This document shows positions 1 to 8,142 of a stretch of 26,969 bases of DNA, in pieces. A program made the translations under genes and the position numbers. How positions within the stretch are numbered: position 1 is the stretch's first letter; each line of letters begins with the position of its first letter. Source of the stretch: Candidatus Sumerlaeia bacterium (lineage in GTDB: Bacteria; Sumerlaeota; Sumerlaeia; SLMS01); NCBI GenBank assembly GCA_038208905.1, contig JBBQYG010000044.1, positions 1 through 26,969 on the forward strand. Reading direction: 5' to 3'. Under the pieces are notes generated by a model. The model made no database searches and was not told the origin of the DNA. It saw only the letters and a program-made list of their open reading frames with translations.

Positions 1-1506
1 CATGGGGCCCTGACCCGGCTGCAGAGGTGGTCCCGGAGGGCGCTGCTGGGGAGCCCCCGGCGTACCGGGTGGCCCGGGGCGCTGGCCCGGCGGTGGCGGC
101 CGGTATCCCGGTGGCGGCGGTCCGCCCGGTCCCGGCGGCCTCATCGGCGGGCGCTGGGCGGGCGGTGGGCCTGACGGTTGCTGGCCCGCCGGCGGAATCG
201 GGGCCGAGCCAGCTTCTCCAAACTTCGGCAGCCGTACCTCGGCGGATGTTCTCTGCGCGGCCAAATTGCCGTCCTGGCGTGTCTGCAAGGGCGGTGCGCC
301 CTCGTTGGTGTACGTACCCGCGGTGCCCTCGCGGATCTTCTTGCTGAACAGCGAATCCTCCGGCGGATCGAAGTCGTTGGGAATCTTCTCCCACGGATCG
401 CTCACGTCCTCCCATGAGGAGCCCGGCGCGATGCCGATGCCCTTGAACTTGATGGCAAGATCGTTGGCGGACTCAGCCATCTGGATCGAGTCTTCCATCG
501 AAACCTTGCGCTGCTTGACGAGGCGATACAGCGACTTGTCGAAGCTCAGGATGCCGTCCTGATTCTCCGCCGCGAGGGCTACCTTGATCTCGCCGAGGGA
601 ACCCTTCGAAATCAGGTCCACAATGCGTGGCGTCGCCATCAACACCTCGATCGCCGCACAGCGCCCGCCGCCAATGCGTGGCACCAGCCGCTGGCCGATG
701 ATGGCGCGGATATTGAGTGCGAGCTGCTTCTCGATCTGCTCCTTCATCTCGCCCGGATAGAAGTGCAGGATGCGCTCGATCGCCAGCACCGTGTTGGTGG
801 AGTGCAGCGTCGCGAAGACCAAGTGACCCGTTTCCGCCGCGTGCATGGCAAACTGCACCGTGTTGGAATCGCGCATTTCGCCGATGCAGATGACCTGCGG
901 CGCCTGGCGAAGGGTGTTCTTGAGGGCCTCGTGGAAACTTAGCGTGTCGATGCCGACCTCGCGCTGTGTCACGATCGAGCGACGATGCCGGTAGATGAAC
1001 TCCACCGGATCCTCGATGGTCACGATGTGGCCGCTTCGGATGTGGTTGCGGTAGTCCAGGATCGACGCCAGAGTCGTGGACTTGCCCGATCCCGTGGACC
1101 CGGTGACGAGGACGATGCCGCGTTCCTCCAGAGCGATCTTGCGGAACACTGTCGGCAGGCCAAGCGAACGCATCGTGGGGATATTCATCACCACTCGCCG
1201 GCAGACCATCGCCACCGAGCCGCGCTGCCAGAAGATGTTCACGCGGAAGCGGCCGGCGCTCTGGGTCATGTAAGCCAGATTGCACTCCAGCGTGTCCTCG
1301 AGTTCCTTCCACTGCTTTTCCGTCGTGGCGGACTTGGCGAGCCGGAGCATGTCATCCGCGCTCAGTCGCTGACCCGCAGCCACGGCCAATGGCCTCAGCA
1401 TTCCCTCGACAGCCATCGCAGGGATTGCACCCGCCGCCAGATAGACGTCCGATGCACTGGCTTGTGCGCCTTCCTTCAGCAGATCATCAAGGGTCACGTC
1501 ATCCAT
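1..1506 (-). CDS. PilT/PilU-family type IV pilus retraction ATPase (PilU-like), 3' end beyond window
   Basis: Hand translation from ATG at 1506 (AGGAG upstream): MDDVTLDDLLKEG..., GRFRVNIFWQRG, Walker A GSTGSGKST, TIEDPVEF, QREVGIDT, LRQAPQVICIGEMRD, His box AAETGHLVFATLHSTN. Frame stays open to base 1. PilT 'AIRNLIRE' is replaced by 'RIVDLISK', favouring PilU. Confidence 0.93.
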   Translation of the reverse strand, partial: MDDVTLDDLLKEGAQASASDVYLAAGAIPAMAVEGMLRPLAVAAGQRLSADDMLRLAKSATTEKQWKELEDTLECNLAYMTQSAGRFRVNIFWQRGSVAMVCRRVVMNIPTMRSLGLPTVFRKIALEERGIVLVTGSTGSGKSTTLASILDYRNHIRSGHIVTIEDPVEFIYRHRRSIVTQREVGIDTLSFHEALKNTLRQAPQVICIGEMRDSNTVQFAMHAAETGHLVFATLHSTNTVLAIERILHFYPGEMKEQIEKQLALNIRAIIGQRLVPRIGGGRCAAIEVLMATPRIVDLISKGSLGEIKVALAAENQDGILSFDKSLYRLVKQRKVSMEDSIQMAESANDLAIKFKGIGIAPGSSWEDVSDPWEKIPNDFDPPEDSLFSKKIREGTAGTYTNEGAPPLQTRQDGNLAAQRTSAEVRLPKFGEAGSAPIPPAGQQPSGPPPAQRPPMRPPGPGGPPPPGYRPPPPGQRPGPPGTPGAPQQRPPGPPLQPGQGPM

Positions 1507-1582
1507 GTCGACTCCTGGCATTCGGTCAAAAGTTCACTTGTCTCCCAAGAATGTGGCCATTCCTCGCCGGTCGCAAGGGATT

Positions 1583-2266
1583 ATGTGGACGCTCGCGTGC
1601 CTTGCCGCCTCGGTCCCGGCCCAGGACGCCCCAACCACCTCCGGACTACGTCTGGGCGACGTCTTCGTCACCGGCCCCGGGCGCGGTGGATTCGTCGTCG
1701 CGGCCCCGCGCTTCGATCCCGCCGGGCCGGTACTCCTCATTCCCGACACCTCCGCCTGGCGTCTGCCGCCAACGCCGGTGCCCCCCACTCCGGCACCGAC
1801 TCCCGACCCCGCCGTCCTCGCCATGATGCCTTCCGTCCCTCGCCTTGTCCTCGGTGCCGACGCCGATTCGGGCAAGATGGGCCGCACCGCCCTGCGCCCG
1901 CGCGGGCAGACGATGCAGCCCCCGGCACCGGGGCACGCCGTCCTTACCTTCAAGACCGGATTCAATCAGGTCCGGTCCGAATTCTGCCTCCACGCCGGCT
2001 CCGAGATATCCGAAAACCGCGAGCCTTGGCTCAAATTCCTGCACGGCCCGGGCACCATCGAGTCCTTCGCCGTCCCCGAGGGTACCTACGTGTTGGAACG
2101 TCGCCTTTGGCGGATCGACATGCCCGGCGTGGTCATTCGGGAATTCTATTCCCCCCAATCGCTCGTGTCCCGTGGGCTTTACGAGTTCGAAACCGGCGAC
2201 AACGACGAGGCGGATATCCTGGCGGGACTTCGTTCCCGGGCGAACCGTCAACGCAGGGCACGGTGA
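1583..2266 (+). CDS. hypothetical secreted protein
   Basis: Within ORF 1505..2266. ATG 1583 gives MWTLACLAASVPA-QD (signal-like), a Pro/Thr linker and a globular C-terminal part. Start uncertain (GTG 1553 possible). No family recognised. Confidence 0.6.
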   Translation: MWTLACLAASVPAQDAPTTSGLRLGDVFVTGPGRGGFVVAAPRFDPAGPVLLIPDTSAWRLPPTPVPPTPAPTPDPAVLAMMPSVPRLVLGADADSGKMGRTALRPRGQTMQPPAPGHAVLTFKTGFNQVRSEFCLHAGSEISENREPWLKFLHGPGTIESFAVPEGTYVLERRLWRIDMPGVVIREFYSPQSLVSRGLYEFETGDNDEADILAGLRSRANRQRRAR

Positions 2267-2331
2267 ATTATTGGCGAAGCTTCGACTTTGCCATTGCAGA
2301 CGCGCCGCCGCCCCCGTTGACTCCCCTAAAT

Positions 2332-2424
2332 CGGTCGCAGCCCGCGCCGTTTTTTGGCATTGGCGGGTCCCGGTTGGATGACTTCACAATCCCCCATGTG
2401 GCTTCGTTCCACGGTCGCAGCCCG
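2332..2424 (+). repeat. 13-bp perfect direct repeat CGGTCGCAGCCCG x2 upstream of rne
   Basis: Copies at 2332-2344 and 2412-2424, 80 bp apart, in the intergenic region. Confidence 0.6.
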
Positions 2425-2563
2425 ATCTTGAATCCGACTAACACCACAGAGACTCCCCGCCCCCGCCAGCAGATGGCAGCTCCCCTCCGCGCCCCCGGCG
2501 CCAGAGGCCGAAGCGCCCCGGCTCTCGGAACCGCGGGGTCTCCCCAAAGGCCTACAACACATC

Positions 2564-5380
2564 ATGTCCTGTCGCATCCTCATCAATCGCGAGGAGTGCG
2601 AAGTTCGCGTCGCTTTTCTGGAAAATCAGGAACTCGTCGAGCTTCACACGGAAAAATTTGACGACCAGACGATCGTAAACAACGTCTATCGCGGAAAAGT
2701 TCAGGACGTCGTCCCCGGTCTTCAGGCCGCCTTCATCGACGTGGGCTTGGAGCGGAACATGTTCCTCCACTTCATGGACATCCGTCCCGAGTCCCTCGTC
2801 CTCGGCGAAGAGAACCAGCTCGAAGCCATCTGTGGCGCCGCTCAGGAAGTCATTCCCGGTCGTATCGAGCAGCGTGGCCGCCGCCCCCGCCAAGACCCCA
2901 ACGCGCCGCAAGCCGCCGCCCCCGTCAAGAAGGGCGACTACATCGTGGTCCAAGTCGTGAAGGACGAGATCGGCGGCAAGGCGCCCCGCGTCACCGCTAA
3001 CATCTCCATCGCTGGCCGCTACCTTGTCATGCTTCCCTTCCCCAGTCAGGAAGGCGGCGTCTCCCGCAAGATTGCCATCGGTCAGGACCGCTTCCGTCTC
3101 AAGAAGCTCCTCTCCGGCCTGCGCACCGACGACTACTCCTTCATCGTCCGCACCGCTGGCATCGACCAGCCCGAGGAGGCCATCCACCGCGACGCGGAGA
3201 ACCTTCTGCGCTCTTGGGATACGATCCTCACGCGCTACAAGGCGTTGAAGGGCCCCGGGCTCCTCCTCAACGACCACGACCTCGTCGAGCGCCTGGTCCG
3301 CGACGCCTTCCCCTCCGATTTCGAGGAGGTCCTCTGCGACACTGCGGATGACGTGGAAAGCGTCCGCCGCGCCCTCGCCGATGTGATGCCCGACAAAATT
3401 GATCGCGTGAAGGCTTACGAGGGATGGGAAAACATCTTCGAGCAGCACGGCGTGGACAAGCAGATCGAAAAGTCCATGGCCCCCAAGTACTGGCTCAAGA
3501 GCGGCGGCTACCTGATCATCGACGAGAACGAGGCCCTGACCGCCATCGATGTCAACACGGGCCGCTTCATCGGAAAGAAGGACCAGGAAAAGACCAGCCT
3601 GAAGACCAACATGGAAGCCGCCGAGGCCGTCGCGAAGCAAATCCGCCTGCGCGACATCGGCGGCATCATTGTGGTGGACTTCATCGACATGCTCTCCCGC
3701 GCCCATCAGGAGCGCGTCTCCGAGGAGCTCCGCAATCACATCAAGCATGATCGTGCCAAGACCGCTATCGGACGCATCGGCGACTTCGGCCTGATGGTCC
3801 TGACGCGCAAGCGCCAGCGCATGAGCCTCCAGAGCCTCATCCACGACGAATGCCCCTATTGCAAGGGCACCGGAATGGTCCGCCAGCCCGACGAGATTTT
3901 CCGCCGCGTGAAGTATGACATACGCCGCGTCATCGCCCAGGACAGCTCCGTCAACACCGTTGTCATCACCGCCCACCAGCGCCTGATCGACGGCCTCACG
4001 TCGCGGTTCCGGGTCTTCTTCGACCAGCTCCTGTCCCAGCACAAGGTCACGGCGATCTTTCGCCCCGACCCCGAAATCCACGTCGAGGACTTCCACGTCA
4101 CCCCGATCCGCACCGCCCAGGCGGGCGCGCTGATGGTGCCCCGCGAGCGCGTCGAATCGGAGCACCGGCTCCGCATCGGCGACCCGCCCCGCGTCATCGA
4201 ACCCGCTTCGGACGAGGAGTCTGAGTACGAGCCCATTGAACTCGCCTACGACGTCGCGCCCGCTGCTCCTGTCGCCACCGATACTCCCGTGCCCGCCGAG
4301 GCGCCAGAAGCCGAGCGCCCCTCGCGCCGCGGCCGCCGTCGCCGCGGTGGACGTGGCGCAGACCGCGACCGCGAGGCCGTGCCAGCCACGCCGCAGGCTG
4401 CGCCCGCCCAAAAGCCCGCGCCCGTCGCCCCGCCCAGGCATCAACCCGCTGCTGCTTCGAAGCCCCCCGTCGCGGCGCCCCCCGCGCGCGCAGCCTTTTC
4501 GCTCGCCGCGCTTACCCGCCCAAGCTCCGAACTACCACCCCCGTCACCCACCGATGAATCCACGGACGACGATCTTGCGGAAGTGCTGGATACACCAGCA
4601 GCCGCCGTTGCTCCCGCCGAGGAACAGGCCGGCGATCAACCCCGCAAGCGCACCCGCCGCGGCCGCCGTGGTGGCCGTGGACGCCGACGCAATCGCGACG
4701 GCAGCCCTGTGGTCGAAGGCGCACCCGTCGCCGGTGAGCCATTGCTGGACGGAGACGACGACGAAGGCGATTTCGAGCAGGAGGAGACTCCGGTCGCCAT
4801 CCAGCAGCCGACAGCCCCGCCGCCCGCCGCAAAGGCTCCCCAACCGGTGCCCGTCGCAAAGTATCCGGTCCCCGTTGCGAAGCCAGCCCCCGCCACGTCG
4901 CTTCCTCCCGCGGAACGCCCCAAGCTGACGCTCGCGCTTCCCAAGAAGCCCGTGGCCGCGATCCTCGACTCCGTCCTCGACGAAATCGAAAAGCAGCTCG
5001 AAACCATCAAGGAAGTCCTCGCCCCCGCGCTCGAGCCCGCCAAGGCACCGGGAGCACCCGCAGCGGCAAAGGAAGCGACCCCCGCGCGTAAGAAGCGTCC
5101 GGCCCGTGTTCCTGCGAAGATGCCGGTTGCGGCAAAGCCCGTCGCTCAAGTCGCCAAGCCCGCGCCGGTTCCCGCCCCCCCCGCGCCAGCACCAACCAAA
5201 CCCCGGCCCGCCGCAAAGCCGGCTCCGGCCAAGAAACCCATCGTCAAGAAAGCCGAGCCAGCCGCGAAGCCAGCGGCCAAGACCGCGCCGAAAAAGAAGC
5301 CAGCGGCCAAGCCCCCCGCGAAGGCAACGAAGCCCGCGCCCGTCAAGAAGCCCGCCCGCGCCAAGCCCAAGAAAGGCTAG
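2564..5380 (+). CDS. rne: ribonuclease E (Rne/Rng family) with long disordered C-terminal half
   Basis: NVYRGKVQDVVPGLQAAFIDVG (S1), QVVKDEIGGKAPRVT, EALTAIDVNTG, QIRLRDIGGIIVVDFIDM, Zn-link CPYCKG; followed by ~430 aa Pro/Ala/Arg/Lys-rich tail. Confidence 0.96.
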   Translation: MSCRILINREECEVRVAFLENQELVELHTEKFDDQTIVNNVYRGKVQDVVPGLQAAFIDVGLERNMFLHFMDIRPESLVLGEENQLEAICGAAQEVIPGRIEQRGRRPRQDPNAPQAAAPVKKGDYIVVQVVKDEIGGKAPRVTANISIAGRYLVMLPFPSQEGGVSRKIAIGQDRFRLKKLLSGLRTDDYSFIVRTAGIDQPEEAIHRDAENLLRSWDTILTRYKALKGPGLLLNDHDLVERLVRDAFPSDFEEVLCDTADDVESVRRALADVMPDKIDRVKAYEGWENIFEQHGVDKQIEKSMAPKYWLKSGGYLIIDENEALTAIDVNTGRFIGKKDQEKTSLKTNMEAAEAVAKQIRLRDIGGIIVVDFIDMLSRAHQERVSEELRNHIKHDRAKTAIGRIGDFGLMVLTRKRQRMSLQSLIHDECPYCKGTGMVRQPDEIFRRVKYDIRRVIAQDSSVNTVVITAHQRLIDGLTSRFRVFFDQLLSQHKVTAIFRPDPEIHVEDFHVTPIRTAQAGALMVPRERVESEHRLRIGDPPRVIEPASDEESEYEPIELAYDVAPAAPVATDTPVPAEAPEAERPSRRGRRRRGGRGADRDREAVPATPQAAPAQKPAPVAPPRHQPAAASKPPVAAPPARAAFSLAALTRPSSELPPPSPTDESTDDDLAEVLDTPAAAVAPAEEQAGDQPRKRTRRGRRGGRGRRRNRDGSPVVEGAPVAGEPLLDGDDDEGDFEQEETPVAIQQPTAPPPAAKAPQPVPVAKYPVPVAKPAPATSLPPAERPKLTLALPKKPVAAILDSVLDEIEKQLETIKEVLAPALEPAKAPGAPAAAKEATPARKKRPARVPAKMPVAAKPVAQVAKPAPVPAPPAPAPTKPRPAAKPAPAKKPIVKKAEPAAKPAAKTAPKKKPAAKPPAKATKPAPVKKPARAKPKKG

Positions 5381-5383
5381 TCC

Positions 5384-5530
5384 ATGACAACGACAGAAGA
5401 AGACAAGGGACCGGACACAGAACTCGACCGCCGCGCCCGAGTCGCATCCACCGCAATGAACGCGTCATTTGCCATCGGGCTTGTGCTTGCCATCGTCTCG
5501 CTGTTCTTTCTCGTCGTCACCAAGCTCTGA
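5384..5530 (+). CDS. small single-pass membrane protein (48 aa)
   Basis: MTTTEEDKGPDTELDRRARVASTAMNASFAIGLVLAIVSLFFLVVTKL*. Fills the rne-nadK gap (3 nt after rne stop, 13 nt before next ATG); ~20-aa hydrophobic C-terminus; not in the ORF track. Confidence 0.7.
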   Translation: MTTTEEDKGPDTELDRRARVASTAMNASFAIGLVLAIVSLFFLVVTKL

Positions 5531-5543
5531 CCCAGGAGCCGCC

Positions 5544-6341
5544 ATGCAAGCGACCCCGCCAGCCGCCGAGAAGCACAGGACCGTTTCCGCGGCGCGGCGG
5601 GTGCTTGTGGTGGGGCGCGGGTCGGAGGCCATGCACGAGGAAGTCCGCGCCCACGGATTCGAAGTCGTCGCCAACCCCGCCCACGCCGACTTCGTGCTGA
5701 GCTACGGCGGAGACGGCTCCCTCCTCGGAGCCGACCGCGACTACCCCAACCTTCCCAAGCTTCCGCTTCGCCGCGACAGCCAGTACATCAAGTGCCCGCG
5801 CCATACCAAGGACGCGGTGCTTGAGCGGGTCTTCGCGGGGAACCAGGCCGTCTCGCTGCTGACGCGCATCTCCGCCGAGGCACGCGGGCGTAAAATTCTC
5901 GCCATCAACGACATCGTCTTCCACAACGCGCGCGCGGTTTCCGCCGTGCGCTACCGGCTCATCATCGACGGACTTCCCTACAGTGGAGAGGTCGTCGGCG
6001 ACGGCGTTGTCCTCGCCACGCCGTTTGGCTCCTCCGCCTACTATCGCTCCATCACCAACTCGATTTTCCGGGTGGGGATCGGTCTCGCGTTCAACAACTC
6101 GACGGAGGCCACCAACCATCTCGTGCTCGCGGAAAGCTCCGTCGTCGAGATCCACGTCACGCGCGGCCCCGCCATCGTGGTGGGCGACAATATCGAGGAC
6201 CCCCTTCCCGTGGAGGCGGGCGATGTCATCCGCGTCTCCTTCACGTCGCAGAGGGCGATGATCTGGGAACTTGAGACGCTGCTCTGCAAGGAGTGCCTCG
6301 AAAGCGACACGCGCAGGCCAGCGGGGTGGCGGCATGTATAG
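5544..6341 (+). CDS. nadK: NAD(+)/NADH kinase
   Basis: AGGAG then ATG 5544; GGDGS motif, AINDIV, GDGVVLATPFGSSAYYRS. Confidence 0.88.
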   Translation: MQATPPAAEKHRTVSAARRVLVVGRGSEAMHEEVRAHGFEVVANPAHADFVLSYGGDGSLLGADRDYPNLPKLPLRRDSQYIKCPRHTKDAVLERVFAGNQAVSLLTRISAEARGRKILAINDIVFHNARAVSAVRYRLIIDGLPYSGEVVGDGVVLATPFGSSAYYRSITNSIFRVGIGLAFNNSTEATNHLVLAESSVVEIHVTRGPAIVVGDNIEDPLPVEAGDVIRVSFTSQRAMIWELETLLCKECLESDTRRPAGWRHV

Positions 6342-7305
6342 AGGGGGAATCCAGAATCGCGAATGGGGAACGGTTGTGCTCCGCCGCTTGAGCTTGAGCC
6401 TCTTGGTACTTGGGGGGCTGGTGCTCGGCGGTTGCGCGGCAAGGCCCCATATCGAACCGGAGGCGACGATGGCATCACGGCTGGAGTCCTTCAGCGAGAG
6501 GATCGCCGCCCGCGTGGCGGCGCAGGAGCAGAAGCACAACTGCCGCATCGGCTTCGCTTTCCGAGACCCCGCGATGGACATCGCAGTCTCTCACCGCGGC
6601 GACGAGTTGTTTCACGCCGCCAGCACCATGAAGGTCCCCGTCATGGCCGAGGTCTTTCGGCAGGCGGGGGAGGGTCGCTTTGCCGTGGGCGACACCATTC
6701 CGGTGTCCACCACATTCGCCAGCATGATCGACGGCTCGCCGTATGAATGCGGGGGCAGCAAGGCCGTCATGGAATACGTCGGCAAGGGAGCCACCATCCT
6801 CTTCCTCACGGAGCAGATGATGGTCGTCAGCGACAACCTGGCGACCAACCTGCTGATCCAACTTCTCACCGCCCAGAAGGTCACCGCCACTTTTCGCCGC
6901 CTCGGCGCAACGCGGAGCTTTGTCCTGCGCGGCGTCATGGACGAGGAAGCCTATCAGGCCGGACTCTCAAACCGCGTCACGCCCGACGACCTGAACGCCC
7001 TGCTCCAATCCATCGAGGAAGGCCGGGCCGGGACACCCGAAGCCACGGCGGAGATGAAGCGCATCCTCCTGGCGCAGGAGTTCAACGACATGATTCCCGC
7101 GCAGCTTCCCGAGGGCGTCCGCGTCGGGCACAAGACCGGGTCCATCACCCGCATCTTCCACGACACCGCCATCGTCTATGCTCCAGAGGGAACCTACTAC
7201 CTGACCATCCTGACCGACGGCATCGAGGCGGCTGACGAGGCTAAGCCGATGATCGCCGCTCTCGCCCGCGAAGTCCACGACGAATGGGTCGCCCTCTCCC
7301 CATAA
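6334..7305 (+). CDS. serine hydrolase, class A beta-lactamase-like fold, predicted lipoprotein
   Basis: SxxK (ASTMK), SDN and HKTG motifs; lipobox LGGC after a hydrophobic stretch. Start either ATG 6334 (overlaps nadK stop) or GTG 6376. Confidence 0.85.
   Translation: MYRGGIQNREWGTVVLRRLSLSLLVLGGLVLGGCAARPHIEPEATMASRLESFSERIAARVAAQEQKHNCRIGFAFRDPAMDIAVSHRGDELFHAASTMKVPVMAEVFRQAGEGRFAVGDTIPVSTTFASMIDGSPYECGGSKAVMEYVGKGATILFLTEQMMVVSDNLATNLLIQLLTAQKVTATFRRLGATRSFVLRGVMDEEAYQAGLSNRVTPDDLNALLQSIEEGRAGTPEATAEMKRILLAQEFNDMIPAQLPEGVRVGHKTGSITRIFHDTAIVYAPEGTYYLTILTDGIEAADEAKPMIAALAREVHDEWVALSP
6344..6371 (+). repeat. degenerate heptamer tandem (NNNGAAT)
   Basis: ggggaat-ccagaat-cgcgaat-ggggaac at the nadK/serine hydrolase junction; same unit type as at 16227 and 24811. 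Confidence 0.55.
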
Positions 7306-7485
7306 ACTGGCCCGAAATTCGATACTCCGTAGCGGTTGGGAGCATAGTCTGGCACTAGGCGAATTTCTGTTTGATATGCCTAATTTTCATTTGACCCGCC
7401 CCGCCAGAATCCCCACTCTCACACCCGTAGAGGCGTGGAAGCAGGATCATCACCAGCGCGATGGCGCGACCCGGGGCCGAATAGC

Positions 7486-8100
7486 ATGTCGCTTGTCCGA
7501 GAGAGACGGAAAACGGGATTCACACTGATCGAGCTCCTGATCGTTGTGGCAATTATCGCCGTCCTCGCCGCGATCGCCGTTCCCAATTTCCTGGAGGCCC
7601 AGACGCGCAGCAAGGTCTCCCGCGTGAAATCCGATCTGCGGACGCTGACCACCGCCCTTGAATTCTACGTGGTGGACTGGAATCGATACCCGCCCACGGC
7701 GGGGACGTTCGCCCCGAGTTTCGAGGATCGCCTCCGTCACCTCACCTCGCCGATTGCCTATCAGGCATCGCTCCCCGCCGATCCGTTCTCGAGACGCGAA
7801 AGCCAGTGGCGCGGAGCTCTCGTACTGACGGACCGGATTGACATGTACTGCTACAATACCGGCGTTGCGTCCGCGGGGTTCGGTGGATCGGATCCCAACG
7901 ATCCCGCGCAGATGCAGTGGTCCCTCGCGAGCGGTGGTCCCGACGGCGTGATCGGCTACCCGTACTACGCCTTCACCGAAAACCGCGTTCGCACGGGTCG
8001 CTATGCCGACTTCGTCTATGACCCCACGAATGGAACCATCAGCGACGGTGACATCTTCCGCCGCGGCGGCAAGATCGTCATGCCCACGCCAGACTACTAA
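7486..8100 (+). CDS. prepilin-type N-terminal cleavage/methylation protein (pseudopilin-like)
   Basis: MSLVRERRKTG|FTLIELLIVVAIIAVLAAIAVPNF class III signal with E5; SGGPDG and C-terminal YDPTNGTISDGDIFR. Confidence 0.92.
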   Translation: MSLVRERRKTGFTLIELLIVVAIIAVLAAIAVPNFLEAQTRSKVSRVKSDLRTLTTALEFYVVDWNRYPPTAGTFAPSFEDRLRHLTSPIAYQASLPADPFSRRESQWRGALVLTDRIDMYCYNTGVASAGFGGSDPNDPAQMQWSLASGGPDGVIGYPYYAFTENRVRTGRYADFVYDPTNGTISDGDIFRRGGKIVMPTPDY

Positions 8101-8142
8101 CAAAACGGCCATCGCGCCACCTATTGCAGAAAGGAAGTTCCC

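Noticed and set aside
473..1312. 279-aa minus-strand ORF in the track
   Set aside because: Wrong frame; the PilT/PilU motifs lie in another minus frame (1..1506).
985..2661. 558-aa plus-strand ORF
   Set aside because: Antisense to the PilU gene and out of frame over two better genes; Arg/Pro-rich shadow typical of high-GC DNA.
5040..5380. Tandem repeat or CRISPR-like array
   Set aside because: The recurrent aagccc/gcc units are codons of the PAKK-rich RNase E tail, with no repeat-spacer regularity.
6334..7305. Functional antibiotic-resistance beta-lactamase
   Set aside because: It has SxxK, SDN and KTG but no clear omega-loop ExxLN; housekeeping context with no mobile element, so only the fold is called.
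7349..7366. Sigma-54 promoter (TGGCAC)
   Set aside because: No GC at the required -12 position (GG-N10-GC not satisfied).
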